DNA of 63,526 nucleotides, filler included, from Stramenopiles sp. TOSAG23-3 (GCA_900128585.1; 16 parts of 16 records of this genome joined end to end with filler, not necessarily neighbours in it), one strand, 5' to 3'; positions 11,416 to 23,447 are shown, counted from the whole stretch's first letter. Notes: generated by a model from the sequence alone, not told the origin. Numbers and translations: made by a program.

Positions 11416-12439
11416 GTGAATAGAAACGCATAAAAACCGATCACGAAAGTGGACGCTGACACAGCATAGTATCAGTTTTCTTTCTCTGCCGTACTCTTGT
11501 ACGCAATGATCAAGTTGAAGACTTGAAGACGCTCCTTCGTATTACCTGTACCTGGTACCATACCTGGTAAAATTAAATAATGAATTTTGTTAGAACACTA
11601 TTTATTAGTCTAGATTGACTTCATGAAAATATTAAAGCATTGGTATAAAATATCATTATTTATTATAAGTATATGTTTTAGAATATGACTATATATACCT
11701 ATCTATTCGACTCACGAGTCGATCTGGAATTTGATTTAGAATTTCGCTCCGCGGGTGCCTATTAACACGTAAAAAATCACAATAATAACAAACGCCAAAA
11801 ACATAAAACATACGTTCCCGCTCTCCGTTGTCGACCTTCTTGAACGTATCCCTTCACGTCCCTCTTCAAGGTCCNNNNNNNNNNNNNNNNNNNNNNNNNN
11901 NNNNNNNNNNNNNNNNNNTTAATTAATTAANNNNNNNNNNNNNNNNNNNNNNNNNNNNNNNNNNNNNNNNNNNNTTCATCCGGTGTCCATCCGATCCATC
12001 CGATCCGATCCATCCTCCTCCTTCTTCCGGCATGTTTTTTGTGCTGACTACTTATTAAATTATAACTTGTATATTTTGTAGTTGTTTTGTATTCAAATGT
12101 ATTTTAGTTGTGATCGATCGATGATCGATGATGCTTTTGTTTGTCGGAACAAAAACAAGACGAAGAACGAAGAAAGAACGAGAGAACACATTTGTAACTC
12201 ACTTGACCCATTTGACCTTATTTGACACTTACTTGCCCACTTGATCCATTTGACCCATTAATATGATAATTAATATTACCGTATTAATTATTATTAAATG
12301 ACATTGTTGATGTGGCTCTTCAGATTCATTCCAGAGCTCGGCTGGGCTTTCTCTGTTGTTAACGAACGAATATTCTTCCTTATAAAAGCAAAGAACGTGA
12401 GAAAACATATTGAATCTCGAGCGTTCCCTATCCGAATAT

Positions 12440-13210
12440 ATGCAAGCAGCTCCCAAGTACACTGCAGAGTCGCCTCCGCTGCGACTGCTGACTATCCCAA
12501 AAGGGACGTTACTCGGGTTCAAAGCTTGCCCTGGGCGTGATGCCACGCGTTTGCTTACACACTGTGCCGAAAAAAAACATACAGCCCTGTGGTCTGCTAT
12601 ATACGTTCAGCTCTCACTTCAACAAGCCATTAATTACGTTCCCAACCAGTATGATCGTGGCGAGGAAGTGTGCTGCATTTGTCGTATGACCACACGGCAA
12701 CCTCTCCAAATTGCCGTGTTTGAAGATGTGCGAATGGGAGACAACGAAATGTCTTCAGAAGACAAAGCCCAGCTAGTGCGAGATGCCGTGTTGCAGACGC
12801 CAGAACTTGACTGGAAATTGAATGCAAATGACACGAAGGGTCCACTTTTGAACATTTTTGGGGCGAGGGGTTTCGCCTTGTGTTTGCTAGATTGTGAAAC
12901 TTATGAGGTGGCAATGCCCCACAATTTGGTTCATACAGATTGGCTCACCACGGACTGTTTGATCATTCTCCCAGCTAGCACAACGATACCGGGTGGTGTT
13001 ATTGGTTCGATCATTGTTTTTCCACGCAGCCCAAACGATAACCAAAAGGAGGGGGAAGCGAAGGAAGCGTTGCGAATAGCGTTTCAAAAGTTGCCAACAC
13101 TGAGACCTTGGGATTTGGCTGACCCCGTATGCCTGGGACAAACCCTGGAGGACCGACTAGGAAACGATCTGTCTCTCGATGTGAGATCAACATGGTTTTC
13201 AAATACTTGA
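12440..13210 (+). CDS. Putative diphtheria toxin/exotoxin A-like ADP-ribosyltransferase-fold protein (256 aa)
   Basis: LLGFKAC...ALWSAIYVQLSLQQAINYVPNQ...GPLLNIFG...ETYEVAMP parallels ExoA FVGYHGT...AIWRGFYIAGDPALAYGYAQDQ...RLETILG, with identical W-x3-Y-x7-A-x2-Y spacing. Confidence 0.55.
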   Translation: MQAAPKYTAESPPLRLLTIPKGTLLGFKACPGRDATRLLTHCAEKKHTALWSAIYVQLSLQQAINYVPNQYDRGEEVCCICRMTTRQPLQIAVFEDVRMGDNEMSSEDKAQLVRDAVLQTPELDWKLNANDTKGPLLNIFGARGFALCLLDCETYEVAMPHNLVHTDWLTTDCLIILPASTTIPGGVIGSIIVFPRSPNDNQKEGEAKEALRIAFQKLPTLRPWDLADPVCLGQTLEDRLGNDLSLDVRSTWFSNT

Positions 13211-13299
13211 TCTTAGGAAGTTGACTACGGGTCATTTCACACCGCAAATCCAAATATCCAATCGGATCATGGATGGAGTACATCTCACAGAGTATAATA

Positions 13300-13512
13300 G
13301 TCTAGGCTAAGTGACAAGAGTAAATTAATATTGATTAGGAAAATCACACGGGAGCAGAGATAAGTTGGCAGTACGTGAAGGAAGGAAAGTAAACCTTTAA
13401 TGGACAGAAAGGAGCATATTCACATTCGCGGTACTTAAAGAAGATAAAATTTAATATAGTCTTAAAACATACTATATAATTTGTTTTTTTTACTAAAAAT
13501 AACAGCAGCCAT
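13300..13512. mobile_element. Family A element, degenerate copy
   Basis: TAATGGACAGAAAGGAGCATATTCACATTCGCGGTACTTAAAGAAGATAAAATTTAAT aligns to 6130-6186; ends with AAAATAACAGC. Confidence 0.6.
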
Positions 13513-13630
13513 TAAATTAATTTGTTTATAATTTCAGATAAACTGAACTAGGTTTGTTTTTCTTGGTACAAAGGAATTTCTTCTCCACCCGTCCCCTGTC
13601 CACCGTCCCTTTTTATTTCTCCTTTCTTAT

Positions 13631-15202
13631 TCACTTGTTCTTAACGGAATGAGGGCAATTCGGTCGATGAAGCTGGACAATTGCTTGCCATGTGCTTAAA
13701 ATGGACGCGATGGATGCAAAAATTAGAAGCATCCATGCCCAGAAGAGGGTGGATGTGTTTCCTTCGTCCCCGTTTGCCCTGCTCTGGCGTCGCAGCGAAA
13801 TGTACATGGAGCACGGAAGAATGTAGGCAATGAGAATGCTCACCGAGCTCCCAAGGATGGACCATATCTGCACGACGGAGGTGACTTGGGTGGCAACTTG
13901 TGAGCACCCGACAAGGATGGCCACAGTAAGAAGGGTGTGCATGGCCATGGACGTTTCGGGTTTTTTTTGTGGTCGGGCCGGACGCTCCACCTCTCGCCCA
14001 ATGTCCTCTCGGCCCTCTCCCCCAAAAGTGCTGTAGCGCTGCAGCACCGTATTGTTCGACCGTGGGGGAAAGTTGGCTGGGGAATCGGCAATGAAGGTGC
14101 CGATCGGCGACATCAACCCGTCCGTGGGCAGGAGCAAGGAAGATGCCGCGTCGGCCTCTGTTCGCGCCGGGGTTGACCCGTCCACCGTGCGCAGCAGCTG
14201 CTGCTGCCCGTCCTCCTCCTTTTTCCCCTGTATCAGGGCAATGATCCGCTGGACCGTATTCCTGCAAGGCATCACCAGCAACGGGAAAGACATGGCGAGG
14301 GTGGTCACCAGCCCGATCCGACCAACGGACACGACCGGGTCCTCGTTCTTGTAGTTGTTCAGTATGTCGCCGCACGTCAGGTCCAGCGAGAACAAGTACC
14401 CACAGAACGCTATCATCAAGTACAGCCCCAAGCATATCCCTATTGTTGAATGGATCATCTGTTTGATCCTTGACTTGGTCGGCTTGATCAGCTCCCTGTT
14501 CGTCGGCAACACGTTGAAATGGCACAAGTACGCCACCGTGGAAATCGGCAGCGCGTACATGAAGTCTTGAATGGAGTCTGGCCACAGTTTCACGCTCAAC
14601 ACCAACGTTCCGTCGTTGTGGTTGTTTGCGGCGCTGCTGTTCGTACCATTTTTTCCAAAGTGCGCTATGAAGTGCGTCGCAGGCTTGTTCACCAACTTGT
14701 AAAGCAAGACTAGCCCCAAAACAAAAATGCTCACGATCGAGAGGAAGGATGTGAACCGCAAGGCGCTCAATTTCTTAAAAAACGACAGCGGGCCAACCAC
14801 ACAGACGAATCCGGCCATTACGTACAGCCGCGCCACCTGGACCCCAAGGAGTGGGTCAATAAAAGCCGTAACTATGGGCTGCACCAAGTCCGCAGCGAGC
14901 ACAAAGTACGCAGACGCGCACAAAAACGTTAGCAAAAACAAAAGTATCAGCAGGAAAATGCGGGCGGGCTCTCCCAGGGTCTTGGCCGCTATGTCCTCGT
15001 ACCCTACATCTCCTTTTCTTCGTGACATGGACAGCAGTAGGTATATGGAAAAGTCCGACATCACCGCGGACAACAAAAGTGCCAGAGGTCCAAAAATAAT
15101 CCCCATCACACTGAACGTAAACGGAAGCGAAAGCACTCCACCACCCACCACCGTGCTCACCAGGTTAAAGACCGACGTTTTCAAACTTGCCGTCCGTTCC
15201 AT
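13631..15202 (-). CDS. Amino acid transporter, SLC38/AAAP family
   Basis: SVFNLVSTVVGGGVLSLPF, AYLCHFNVLP, about 11 TM helices. Confidence 0.92.
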   Translation of the reverse strand: MERTASLKTSVFNLVSTVVGGGVLSLPFTFSVMGIIFGPLALLLSAVMSDFSIYLLLSMSRRKGDVGYEDIAAKTLGEPARIFLLILLFLLTFLCASAYFVLAADLVQPIVTAFIDPLLGVQVARLYVMAGFVCVVGPLSFFKKLSALRFTSFLSIVSIFVLGLVLLYKLVNKPATHFIAHFGKNGTNSSAANNHNDGTLVLSVKLWPDSIQDFMYALPISTVAYLCHFNVLPTNRELIKPTKSRIKQMIHSTIGICLGLYLMIAFCGYLFSLDLTCGDILNNYKNEDPVVSVGRIGLVTTLAMSFPLLVMPCRNTVQRIIALIQGKKEEDGQQQLLRTVDGSTPARTEADAASSLLLPTDGLMSPIGTFIADSPANFPPRSNNTVLQRYSTFGGEGREDIGREVERPARPQKKPETSMAMHTLLTVAILVGCSQVATQVTSVVQIWSILGSSVSILIAYILPCSMYISLRRQSRANGDEGNTSTLFWAWMLLIFASIASILSTWQAIVQLHRPNCPHSVKNK

Positions 15203-15406
15203 TGTTTCAAGGAAGAAGAAAAATCTCGACAAAAGTAGTATCTTCTATATAATATGGGGAGGGGGGAGGGGGGGGACCGCACAAAAGATATTCTTCCGAC
15301 GCAACCCTCTCTATCTTATTCTTATTGAAGAGTTTTTAACTAGAGTTAAATTACAAGAAGTATAAGGATCATCATCTGAAATTATTAATAATAACTCAGA
15401 TAATAT

Positions 15407-15600
15407 ATTAAGGATATATATATATATATTGATTATATATGTTATATGTATGTAAATAGAAGTATACTTTCTCAGTTTTTTATTATATTTAGTTATAATT
15501 AATTTCAATAAATGATTTCATCTAAATCTCTATATCTACAATAGCCTTATCATTCCAAAGGGTCTTATATCGTTTTACCCTATAAATACATAGCCTTAAT
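15407..15600. mobile_element. Family B AT-rich MITE-like element
   Basis: ATTAAGGATATATAT...TTATCATTCCAAAGGGTCT...CTATAAATACATAGCCTTAAT, colinear with 35178-35361. Confidence 0.6.
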
Positions 15601-15671
15601 TTGGGATAAAAATTACTATGGTGTGTCCTGTATTATTATCGTTTTATGATAGACAATAGATTGCCTTGCCT

Positions 15672-15861
15672 GAAGAAGAAGAAGAAAGAAGAAGAAAAAA
15701 GAAGAAGAAGAAGAAAGAAGAAGAAGAAGAAAAAAAAGAAGAAGAAAGAAGAAGAAGAAGAAGAAAAAAAAGAAGAAGAAAGAAGAAGAAAGAAGAAAGA
15801 AGAAGAAGAAGAAGAAGAAGAAGAAGAAGAAGAAAGAAGAAGAAGAAGAAGAAGAAGAAGA
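15672..15861 (+). repeat. (GAA)n microsatellite at contig end
   Basis: About 190 bp of GAA/AAAGAA. Confidence 0.95.
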
Positions 15862-15961
15862 NNNNNNNNNNNNNNNNNNNNNNNNNNNNNNNNNNNNNNN
15901 NNNNNTTAATTAATTAANNNNNNNNNNNNNNNNNNNNNNNNNNNNNNNNNNNNNNNNNNNN

Positions 15962-18572
15962 TGCGTCATTGCCGCATCAACACGTTCTTCCCAACCCTGT
16001 AAGCCATTGTCTGAAACTGATGCGGTTAAATGGGACTTCAAAATCTCCAGTGCTCTTCGATCTAATTGCAATTTGCATGAAATTAAAAGAATTCTTGATC
16101 AAAATGAAAAAGTTAGACAAAATCCTTACCAAATGCCAGTTCAATACTTACATTAGTTCAGTTGCACAGCTCAGTTGTGCACAGTATCGGGCAAGAGATT
16201 CCTTCGTTTTTATAACCTTATTCCCGAGGTCAAAAATTATTTGATATGTATTTTGCAGCAGCACTTGTAAGTGATTAAGGGATGGGGGGGATTTGTCTTT
16301 GTAACGTAACAATAATCGTTTCTGAATTGAACGAAATTGTTGTGAGTGATCATTCAGTGAATTTTCGATCTCAACAAGGTGTCGCCGTACTGCAAAGTGC
16401 TTTTCTACAACATCAAAAAAATCTTTTAACGGCAATACATCAGAAAACGACACAAAGAACGAATCATCATCACCAAAATATGTTTTCAGTCGTTTGATGA
16501 CTATTTTAGTCAACATCCACAGTGAATGGAAAGATGACCCTTGAATGCGATATTTTCCGGCGTTTTTTGACACAAGAACAGTTGCCATTTTACCATTCCA
16601 ATACTGGATAGAAAATACGTTTGCAGTTTGAGACTCATATTTGTTCTTGACACGATCAGCAGCATTTTCAATTTCTGATGAAAACAGTTGCTTCATCTGA
16701 ACAGGTGTTTTGTTCGTTTCGAGCGTAATTTTATACCCGTCTAATTTGACAGGTAAAACCTAACAAAGAAAAATGCTGTGAGTGTGTTCATAGAAATTAG
16801 AAGATATTTTCGTTACTTACCAGTTGAAATACCATAAAGACAGGCAATTGAAACTCGTGATACGCTACTCTGACGATTCCATTGTCAACATATGAAACAG
16901 CTATTGAACATGTTAAGCATGAAGGAGGCGCGTTTGTGCTGCAAAAAAATACCAAGGGAATTATTAAAGGTGTACTAATTATTAAAGGTGTACTAGAACT
17001 GCGAAGTCGCGGTATTTGCCGAACCGGTTTATCACAAAAGACAGGGTCTGAAACCATCACTGAAACATTTGAGTTATAAATATTTTCAATTCCACTATAC
17101 GCAATGAATAAATTTACTGTCAAACGAACGATACTCCCGTTTTCCAATGCCCCCAAGGATTGTTTTTGTAGAACGTCTCGCATTTCAATCATATCATCGG
17201 AACATAAAGTATCCAACACATCAGGAATTTGCGCATGTATCGATATATTCTGGTTTGGTTCACCGGACATTTCCTGTCCGTGACTGCACCGAATATCCCC
17301 AAGCAATTTGCGGTACTCTTCATCCATTTGTGCGTAGTCCAACTTTTGGCCTCTTGCAGAAATAACTGTTGATATTTCCGTGTCGGTACCTTGTAATTAT
17401 AATGAGAAATTTTGAGTTAGCGCATTCTCTTAAAGGAAACTTCATATTTGGCAATAATTATTGTGTAAAAACATTCGGGATTTGAACTTACCAAGGTAAT
17501 TTATTGAAATTCGACCATCTTCGGTCAATGAGACGATGAAACCATCCACGTCACCGAAAGACCCAACGCGAATTGACACGGGAGTGTGCGGATAACGTGC
17601 GGCCCAAACCAACTGAGAGTCCCGATATACCAAGATGCGATTGGAAAATGTTGCAAGAAGTAGGTTCTCTTGTTCATTCGTCAATGCATCCCCAGTTGTG
17701 GCCACTCGGCAATATGTTCGGCATGCGGCAACTTGAAAGTCCATCCGTTTTTGCATTACTATCTCCCCTTGCCAATTGATACAAAATAGAGACCTTTCTC
17801 CCAACACAATGACGTTGGACTGATTTGGTTCTCCGCCTCGGCTATAATTTGCGACAAAAATATCGGAGGCATGTTCTCCTATTTTTACACTCCAGTCTTC
17901 TTCTCGGCTGCCCTCTTTACGACTTGATGATGATGCTAAAACCTGATATTTATACGCCACTATTTCAGATTTAGTGTTACAAACTATTATAGAATCATAA
18001 ACAGCCGAATAGCAGAGGGGGGCCGGAATCAGACAATTATTAAGCTGACTTGCAAACGCAAAGTGGTCTTGTTCAAAAAATTGAAGTCTACCGTCCATAC
18101 TCTGAACACACAAAAAATCTTTCGACGAGTTCGAATAGCCAAAGGGCCCGTAAGTCATATTTGAAGCTGTAAATCTGCTAGTGGGGTCTTTGAACGCGTG
18201 TTCGTACGCCTTAACTACGGAATAATGACTGGCGGATTTACCTGCTCCGCCCATAGCACCAATTTGATACACAACCAGCTGTCGCGGGTGAAGCACGGCA
18301 AGGGCCAGCACGGTTGAGGAGGGGATAAATTTTCCAATTTCAACTTGCAAAATCGGTTTTCCAAGGGATTGTTCCACCATCAAGTCCTCGATGCGATAAC
18401 CTCGACTCCGAGGAAAATATATTCTTAACATGCCACTAAAGCTCCCTGTTACAATTTTCTCAGCCCCATTTTGCTGATTATCAATGTTTCCAACGCACAG
18501 AGAGCCTTTGTCAAAATCTTCAGTTGAATCTGTGGTGGTACACCACCATTCTTCTGTCCGAAACAAGCTCAT
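15962..18572 (-). CDS. BBS9: Bardet-Biedl syndrome 9 protein (PTHB1); exons 18572-17492, 17389-16821, 16759-16152, 16093-15962 (3' partial)
   Basis: MSLFRTEEWW start, CVQSMDG, YLG|TD, QFRSIQKRLLLRYKDKSP, GWEERVDAAMT. Three GTAAGT...AG introns restore the frame. Confidence 0.95.
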
Positions 18573-19646
18573 TGGAAATAGTGGTGTGAATGTTTTCTGT
18601 TCAACCACTTGGGTATTTAATGTTTCGTTAATAGTGAAACGGATTCTGAAAACTGGCGACAAGGGTAAAAACAGGTTATCTAATGCAACCGCAGTTGTAA
18701 AGAAGCTAAGAATACCTACTTGCTGGGCGAAATTGCGTTTATCATCGGATCTTGTTGTTTTTTCTTATTATTTTTATTTTTTTTATTTGTTGTAGCTAAT
18801 AACAACGAACAACATTTCTTCATCGTTGTTTTTCTTCGACCGATAATTAGCTAGACTATAACAATGTAGTACAATAACAACCGGTGCCTCCTAACTACCG
18901 TGTCTTCTTGTTAAAACGACGCAATTTTACTTCAGCTCATGATGATGACTAATGCTGTATTTGTTTATTATTTGAATTTGTATTTGCATGACTAATCGCT
19001 AATCTCTCTCTCAAAAAATATTTGGTTTAGGAAGATACAGCGTTGCTTTTTGTATATTTGTTGGAACCTTGTTGTTCCTCCAACAGTTCACAATTAAGAA
19101 GCAGAGTGTTTGAGTGAATTTGAACAAAAGATACAAAAAAATAAGAGAGAGCACAGTCCCTCATGGGTATCATATGATGAGGTAACAGAAAAGTTCGAAA
19201 TGATGGTACCTCCTTCTTTTTTTGGCCATATTTTGAATCCCTATCGGCAATTATTTTTAGGTACATTACCTAGAATGACTAATAGTGCCGTAAGAAAAGT
19301 TGGGTTGAAATGCATTTTTCGTCCCTACGTCTTTTATGATAGAAGTGGGCCTTGTGTTCCAGATAGTTATCAATGATGAGGATGAGGTCCTTGCGAGTGT
19401 GATTTCTTGTTGATTTTTCTTCTTTTTCTTTGCTGTGTGGATATAAAAATACATTATGTTGTTCGTGAAGAAGATTCGTAATCTACTTCAATAATCAAAA
19501 CAAACCGAAAATGATTTGCTTCCCTTAAACACGATTAACTGTACTTAAATAATAATAAGCAAATTAATTGCCAAGTGCTAAATGTCGAATTCATGGTTAC
19601 CTGCCCGCTGATATTGTACTTTGCACGATTAGTGCACAGGGGGGGA

Positions 19647-19843
19647 GGGGGTACCTCTCGGCGTGCACACACCTTTTTTTCACATTTTTTACCAACTTGT
19701 TTAATGCTGTGTGTATATTATTAAGTTAACAGTATAATCAGAGCATACAATATAATGTTAGGGATGAGGGAATATACACACAGCATTAAACAAGTTGGTA
19801 AAAAATGTGAAAAAAAGGTGTGTGCACGCCGAGAGGTACCCCC
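19647..19843. repeat. Perfect 73-bp inverted repeat with 51-bp spacer
   Basis: 19647-19719 is the exact reverse complement of 19771-19843; flanked by G and C runs at the contig end. Confidence 0.92.
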
Positions 19844-20074
19844 CCCCCNNNNNNNNNNNNNNNNNNNNNNNNNNNNNNNNNNNNNNNNNNNNTTAATTAA
19901 TTAANNNNNNNNNNNNNNNNNNNNNNNNNNNNNNNNNNNNNNNNNNNNTAATTTAAAGATTAACCGCGTTTACTCTTCGGAAAACGAGTTAACTACTCTC
20001 GCTACACACAAATATAATACACAGGACAGTATTTATAAGATTTAATAAAAACACGCACATGTGACAAATCAAGT

Positions 20075-21259
20075 TTACTCCAGGGCTTTGTACAATTTGG
20101 GGTCATTGGCCAAGCGGCTCATCGCCAGCTCGCGCGCCTGCTGCCTTTGCTTCTTGATAGCGAACGCGCTGCCAACAATTACAAGGACGAAGATCGCAAT
20201 TCCGGCGACGAGATAGACGGGTTTAATTACATGGTGATTCTCTGCCCCGGCGGCAGAAGGGACAGTCTTCGCAATCCCTGAACTGAGGGCTGCAGCCACC
20301 AACTTTGTCTTTGGAGTGACCTTTGCCGTTTGCACGGGAAGAACCGGCACTGTTTTTTTCTTCAAGACGGAGGCTGTGGTCGCCCTAAAGCCTTCTACAC
20401 CTGCAGCTCCTCCTGTACCGGTCGACTTTGCCCTGGTGTACTTGTTCGGTTTCTTTTCTTTTATGTCAGCAAGGTCCAGGTATCCTTGACATTTCGCAGA
20501 CGTATCCGCGTCGTTGATGTGCTGAATAAGGCATTTGTGAAGCGCGTTGTTGCCCGGAACAATGTTTGCGCACTTCTTATCGATCGTTTCTGCGCAGTTC
20601 CCTGCAACGGTTTTGTCAAGTCGCCTCACGCACAGCGGGTGGATGTCCCCGTGGGACCGTTGTCGGTCTGCCAAACACTTCATGATTTTGTAGTAGCCTA
20701 CTGGGGAACCGTCCGTCTTTACCTTCGAGCAAAACTTATGAATGTCCCTGCAGCAACACATCTTTGGGGACTTGTGGGCGTGGTCTTTAGAGTTCCACGG
20801 TCTTCGGGACTGGTGCTTTCCGTGACGGAGTCCAAAATCAAAGGCGCTTTCCATACCGTGCACAATGGACGAGAAGAGGCCGCCCGCGTGGTGCCTGCGG
20901 TGCCCCAGAGCGCCCGGGAAGAACTCTTCGAACAGCTTGTCCCCTCCCATAAACTCGTCCGTCAGCAACGAAGTGCTCGTTTGAAAGTCATCCAAAAGTT
21001 GTTCGGTGTGCGCCATGATTTTATCGTCCTGGGCGAACGTCTTGGTGGCATGTTCCAAAAGCTTTTCTCGCTCCTTCCGCAGCGCGTTAAACTTGGTATC
21101 GTCCAGTGCAGACTCATCGGATGCGAACGACTCCGTTATGGCGGGTTTACCGAATTCCTTTACGGTATACGTAACATGGATGTTTGGGTTTTCAACTGCC
21201 ATTGACGTAGCAAAGACCGCCGTTGTCAACAGCACAAAGTAAGAGGCTCCTCGCTTCAT
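20075..21259 (-). CDS. Type I membrane protein with Cys-rich GLG1-type repeats
   Basis: Signal MKRGASYFVLLTTAVFATSMA; CCRDIHKFC...IMKCL and CAETIDKKCANIVPGNNALHKCL...CQGYL; C-terminal TM and YKAL tail. Confidence 0.75.
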   Translation of the reverse strand: MKRGASYFVLLTTAVFATSMAVENPNIHVTYTVKEFGKPAITESFASDESALDDTKFNALRKEREKLLEHATKTFAQDDKIMAHTEQLLDDFQTSTSLLTDEFMGGDKLFEEFFPGALGHRRHHAGGLFSSIVHGMESAFDFGLRHGKHQSRRPWNSKDHAHKSPKMCCCRDIHKFCSKVKTDGSPVGYYKIMKCLADRQRSHGDIHPLCVRRLDKTVAGNCAETIDKKCANIVPGNNALHKCLIQHINDADTSAKCQGYLDLADIKEKKPNKYTRAKSTGTGGAAGVEGFRATTASVLKKKTVPVLPVQTAKVTPKTKLVAAALSSGIAKTVPSAAGAENHHVIKPVYLVAGIAIFVLVIVGSAFAIKKQRQQARELAMSRLANDPKLYKALE

Positions 21260-22193
21260 AGTTGGTGGTAGAAAATAAAGGGCCCGTCCGGTGCTCGGGG
21301 ATAAAGGGATTAGCAAAGAAGGAAACCAAAGAAAACAACAACAACAACAACAAGAAAAGAACACAAGAAAATGAAACCTCCGTGTAAGCGTCCTAAATTG
21401 CAAGTAGATCTTTAAAAGTAGAACTCCCACTACCAGAAGTTTCTCTACATTTCCTGTTTGGTTTAATACATGTTTCAGTTACAAATGGACGAACTCTCAG
21501 TTCTCAGTGCGATTAGTTTGTTTTTAGTTGTATTCGTCCCTTGTATTCCGATGTTGTTTTCTACTAAATGAAAATTTTAAAACCATATCGTAAGGTATGT
21601 TATACAATATAATAATACTGCGTTTTAAAGAGAAAAAAGGTTTCACTTTAGATAAGCTTAAATCATAAACATTTGATTAACTATACGTATTTTAATTTAA
21701 AAATACCTTAATTGGAAAAAGTAGTTGGATTACTTTTTTACTTTCCGAAGTCTGCTACCGGACACCGGACGACAAGATTTCAATAGAGAACATATGTATA
21801 TATAAGTACAATATATTGTATACTAATATAAAATGTGTTTTAAAAGATTACATAGAGAATGTATATAATATTAAGTATAATATATTGTATACTAATGGAC
21901 CATGTCGTTTCGCGGCTTCTCGCTGTGTGTTGGCTGTTGGCGCTTGGCGCTTCTTTGTTGTTGGGATTATTATTATTTACCATCGACGATGAATGAATCA
22001 AAAATCATCATAACGATTACTTCATTCTATATAATGAATGATGATGAATCAAACAACTTCTATTCAATTTGAATACATACTAATGAAATTTTCAGTTTGC
22101 GATCTCGTCCGTGTTTGCGATCGTGCGGTAAGTGTGCGTGTGAGTTGGCCTCTACAGCTGTGCGCATTTCCAGATTGATACACTTGTACATTT

Positions 22194-23216
22194 ATGTTTT
22201 GTGCAAAGGCGGTGTTGCGGTTTCTGAATGCCCCTCCAGGGGTGGATCGGAATGTGCTGCAAGATGGAGATGGTATTGTCGGGCTGTATGATATGACGGA
22301 CATTCAAAGCGAGGGCGTTGCTGACCCAGGGGAATCGCGGTCAGGCGCATTGGCATCGCCATGGTTGAAAGCCAAACGGAAGAAGGAGAGGAGGCGTGCG
22401 AAAATGAATTCGGCACGAAAGAGCAGTGCCGCGAATGACGAAAAAGGCGTTGCCCTGAACGGCACTGGCAGGCATGGGCCGAAGGATGGAACGCATGACA
22501 TAACACAGGATATTTCGCCACGGACATTGCGCCGGAAAGAAAGGATTGAGAAGAACGACAAGTTTTCTAGCTTACCGATCCTAGAGAAGGCGTCGAAATT
22601 AACGAAAATATTCGACCGCGCCCTCCGCAAAGTGCAGTCGTACAACCGAGCAAACCAAGAGAAGAACGACCGTGTCAATGCGTCGAAAATGGAGCAATTG
22701 AAAGCGGCACGGGCCAGCATCACGAAAACAATGCCGTGGGTGGAGATCTCCGTCCCGGTGGAAGAGCTGCGTCTGCAGATGCTGGGGTACGCCTCCCACA
22801 TTATGTTTGAGACTTACTGGAGGGACAACAGCGACTCGCAGTACATGCATTGCATGAAGTGGCACCGAAAAACGATTGGTTACTTGGTCGGCCAGGTGGA
22901 GTACTTGAACTCGTTGAACGCGAACCCTTTCGCGAATAACGCAGAAACGGCCGCGGGGGAGGATTTAGACGACAGCACCGTAGCACTTAAGCAGTGGAAT
23001 TCCATGCACCGGCCATTGTTCGTGCTGTGCATTAGCCAAATGGCCTTGCTGCATTTGCATTTGGGGGTGACCACCGAACTGAAGAAGACAACGAATGATT
23101 TGTTCTACGACTGTCTGGTTCGGTTGGACAGATCCCAGGAACAGACCCGCGCAAAAAAAATGTTTATAGAAGCCTGTCACAAGTCCATCGTTTCCGAGTT
23201 TTCTGATATGATATAA
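22194..23216 (+). CDS. Hypothetical protein (340 aa)
   Basis: Long GC-richer ORF within AT-rich flanks; no family recognised. Confidence 0.65.
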   Translation: MFCAKAVLRFLNAPPGVDRNVLQDGDGIVGLYDMTDIQSEGVADPGESRSGALASPWLKAKRKKERRRAKMNSARKSSAANDEKGVALNGTGRHGPKDGTHDITQDISPRTLRRKERIEKNDKFSSLPILEKASKLTKIFDRALRKVQSYNRANQEKNDRVNASKMEQLKAARASITKTMPWVEISVPVEELRLQMLGYASHIMFETYWRDNSDSQYMHCMKWHRKTIGYLVGQVEYLNSLNANPFANNAETAAGEDLDDSTVALKQWNSMHRPLFVLCISQMALLHLHLGVTTELKKTTNDLFYDCLVRLDRSQEQTRAKKMFIEACHKSIVSEFSDMI

Positions 23217-23447
23217 TGTACGAAAATTAGAGAGAAAGAAACAAAAAGAGAGAGAAATAATAAGCGACGGGGGTGCATATTAAAACAATACAAATCGCAA
23301 GTACATAATACCTATATAAGTAATACTCAATCAATAACATTTCCTAGTGTTATCCTTTCTAAAGTTCATGCTTAAAACTAAACTCCCCAAGGCATAATAA
23401 TTAGTATCCTATCTAAATTGTATAATTTACTATGCGAATAAATTACG

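Noticed and set aside
15646..15917. Lys/Glu/Arg-rich ORFs
   Set aside because: Translations of a GAA microsatellite; the same applies to 27980-28357.
18939..19454. Small gene divergent from BBS9
   Set aside because: A branch/acceptor-like signal exists near 19030, but I could build no consistent frame or recognisable product.
21783..21896. Imperfect direct repeat with TACAATATATTGTA palindrome
   Set aside because: Very AT-rich, two copies, no independent support for function.
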